A stretch of DNA of 63,904 bases, the filler included, from Octopus bimaculoides (Eukaryota): NCBI RefSeq assembly GCF_001194135.2. It is 6 parts of 5 records of this genome, joined end to end, with 100 filler letters (N's around TTAATTAATTAA, not from the genome) between each part and the next. Parts side by side here need not be neighbours in the genome. Positions count along the whole stretch, not along the records: positions 43,849 to 62,778 come from NC_068987.1; positions 62,879 to 63,904 come from NW_026394796.1; 4 more parts are not named here. One strand, 5' to 3'. Under the pieces are notes generated by a model that saw nothing but the letters and a program-made list of their open reading frames with translations, had not been told where the DNA came from and did not search any database. Position numbers and translations under genes: made by a program. Each line of letters starts with the position of its first letter. Positions within the stretch are counted from its first letter, which is position 1. Below, piece by piece: positions 62,478 to 63,904 of this stretch.

Positions 62478-62778
62478 GGTATATGTTGGCACTCCGTCGC
62501 TTACGACGTCGAGGGTTCCAGTTGATCCGATCAACGGAACAGCCTGCTCGGGAAATTAACGTGCAAGTGGCTGAGCACTCCACAGACACGTGTACCCTTG
62601 ACGTAGTTCTCGGGGATATTCAGCGTGACATGGCTGACCCTTTGAATTACAGGCACAACAGAAACAGGAAGTAAGAGTGAGAGAAAGTTGTGGTGGAAGA
62701 GTACAGCAGGGTTCGCCACCATCCCCTGCCGGAGCCTCGTGGAACTTTAGGTGTTTTCGCTCAATAAACATTCACAAC
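62478..62778 (-). mobile_element. SINE family C
   Basis: Reverse complement of the 52618-52993 body and tail; head lost in gap. Confidence 0.85.
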
Positions 62779-63904
62779 NNNNNNNNNNNNNNNNNNNNNN
62801 NNNNNNNNNNNNNNNNNNNNNNTTAATTAATTAANNNNNNNNNNNNNNNNNNNNNNNNNNNNNNNNNNNNNNNNNNNNACATGTCTTTTGGGTCATCAGA
62901 ATACTTGAGTGGAGATTGCACGAGCAATCTCCAAAGCAACACAGAAGAGCAGAAGAAGAATATAGAGAATAATATAGTAACGATAATTGCATACGCCGTT
63001 AGATGAATGAGACTTGAAATCCCAATCAATAATATCTTAAAAACGCATTCGATTCTATTCTTAAAATTGTCTCATACCATCTACAAATGATTAACCAAAT
63101 GACTCATCGAATAATTAGTTATCTTGCTGTTTAGATATTTAACTAATTGTAGAATACTCTTGTGAAACAACCAGTGTGTGTGTATATTATTAGCATTATA
63201 ACCGACCCGATGATCTACAAAATATGTTTCAACACATAAGTATGAACCTAGAATCTAGCAAACGAAATAGTAAAAGAAAATATTCTCCCCCAAATACTTA
63301 ATCATTTCATGAATCAAATCACGCGTGCTTAAGAGATCTATTTATAAGCTTCAAAAATATAATAATATTAAATACTATATTGCAATCATATGATATATTT
63401 TCCAGTCATCAGAACTATGTCTCCGAACAGAGAGCTTGTAATTCCACACGACTTCATGGCTCCCACGAAAGTCATCTTATTATAAGCAACAGTAATTTTA
63501 GGTTGCTCTTTTGTTCATTACTTACTTTATGATCTGCGTCTAATTATTTCCATTCCTTCAGTTCCTCTTCCTTTAATTTTTTCTTCTTCTCATTCTTCCC
63601 TTCTTCTATTCTTCATTTCTCATTTGCTCTCTCATTTAATGAAATTTTTGTTCTTTCGTCTTGATTTGCTCTCTTTGTCTTCTCTCTCAAAATATCGTCA
63701 ATTATCTAATTATTGCAGATTATCCTTGACTCCAGGTTCACATAATTTGAATCATTTGATGGATGCACACGTAAGCATACAAATTTCACACACACACACA
63801 TACACGCGCACGTGTACAATTATATGCGTACATATACATATGCCCATATGTATCTGTGTATATTTATACATTCATACATACACACACACACATACATATA
63901 TATA

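Overview
Repeat-saturated, AT-rich eukaryotic DNA with many N gaps and artificial 100-bp scaffold joins. Microsatellite load and repeat content suggest an octopus genome (inference, no search run). No host gene or true RNA gene can be called with confidence; almost all listed ORFs are microsatellite or gap artefacts or transposon debris. Recognisable content: two Tx1/L1-clade LINEs (one full-length with a 9-bp TSD, inserted into a SINE), an RTE-like LINE with a PHD finger, three R4/Dong-like RLE-LINE fragments, three Tc1/mariner remnants, a Chapaev3-like transposase remnant, a Helitron-like element, and >25 tRNA-headed SINEs of at least three families (my labels A, B, C). Best lead: two diverged copies (13432-13505, 43440-43513) of a candidate hammerhead ribozyme whose three core strands lie in a non-circularly permuted, pseudoknotted order, with a fourth helix and an upstream covarying hairpin. 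The window also holds an intact minimal Penelope-type hammerhead (235-280) and two decayed ones. Second lead: a SINE subfamily whose 3' tail matches the 3' ends of both local Tx1 LINEs.
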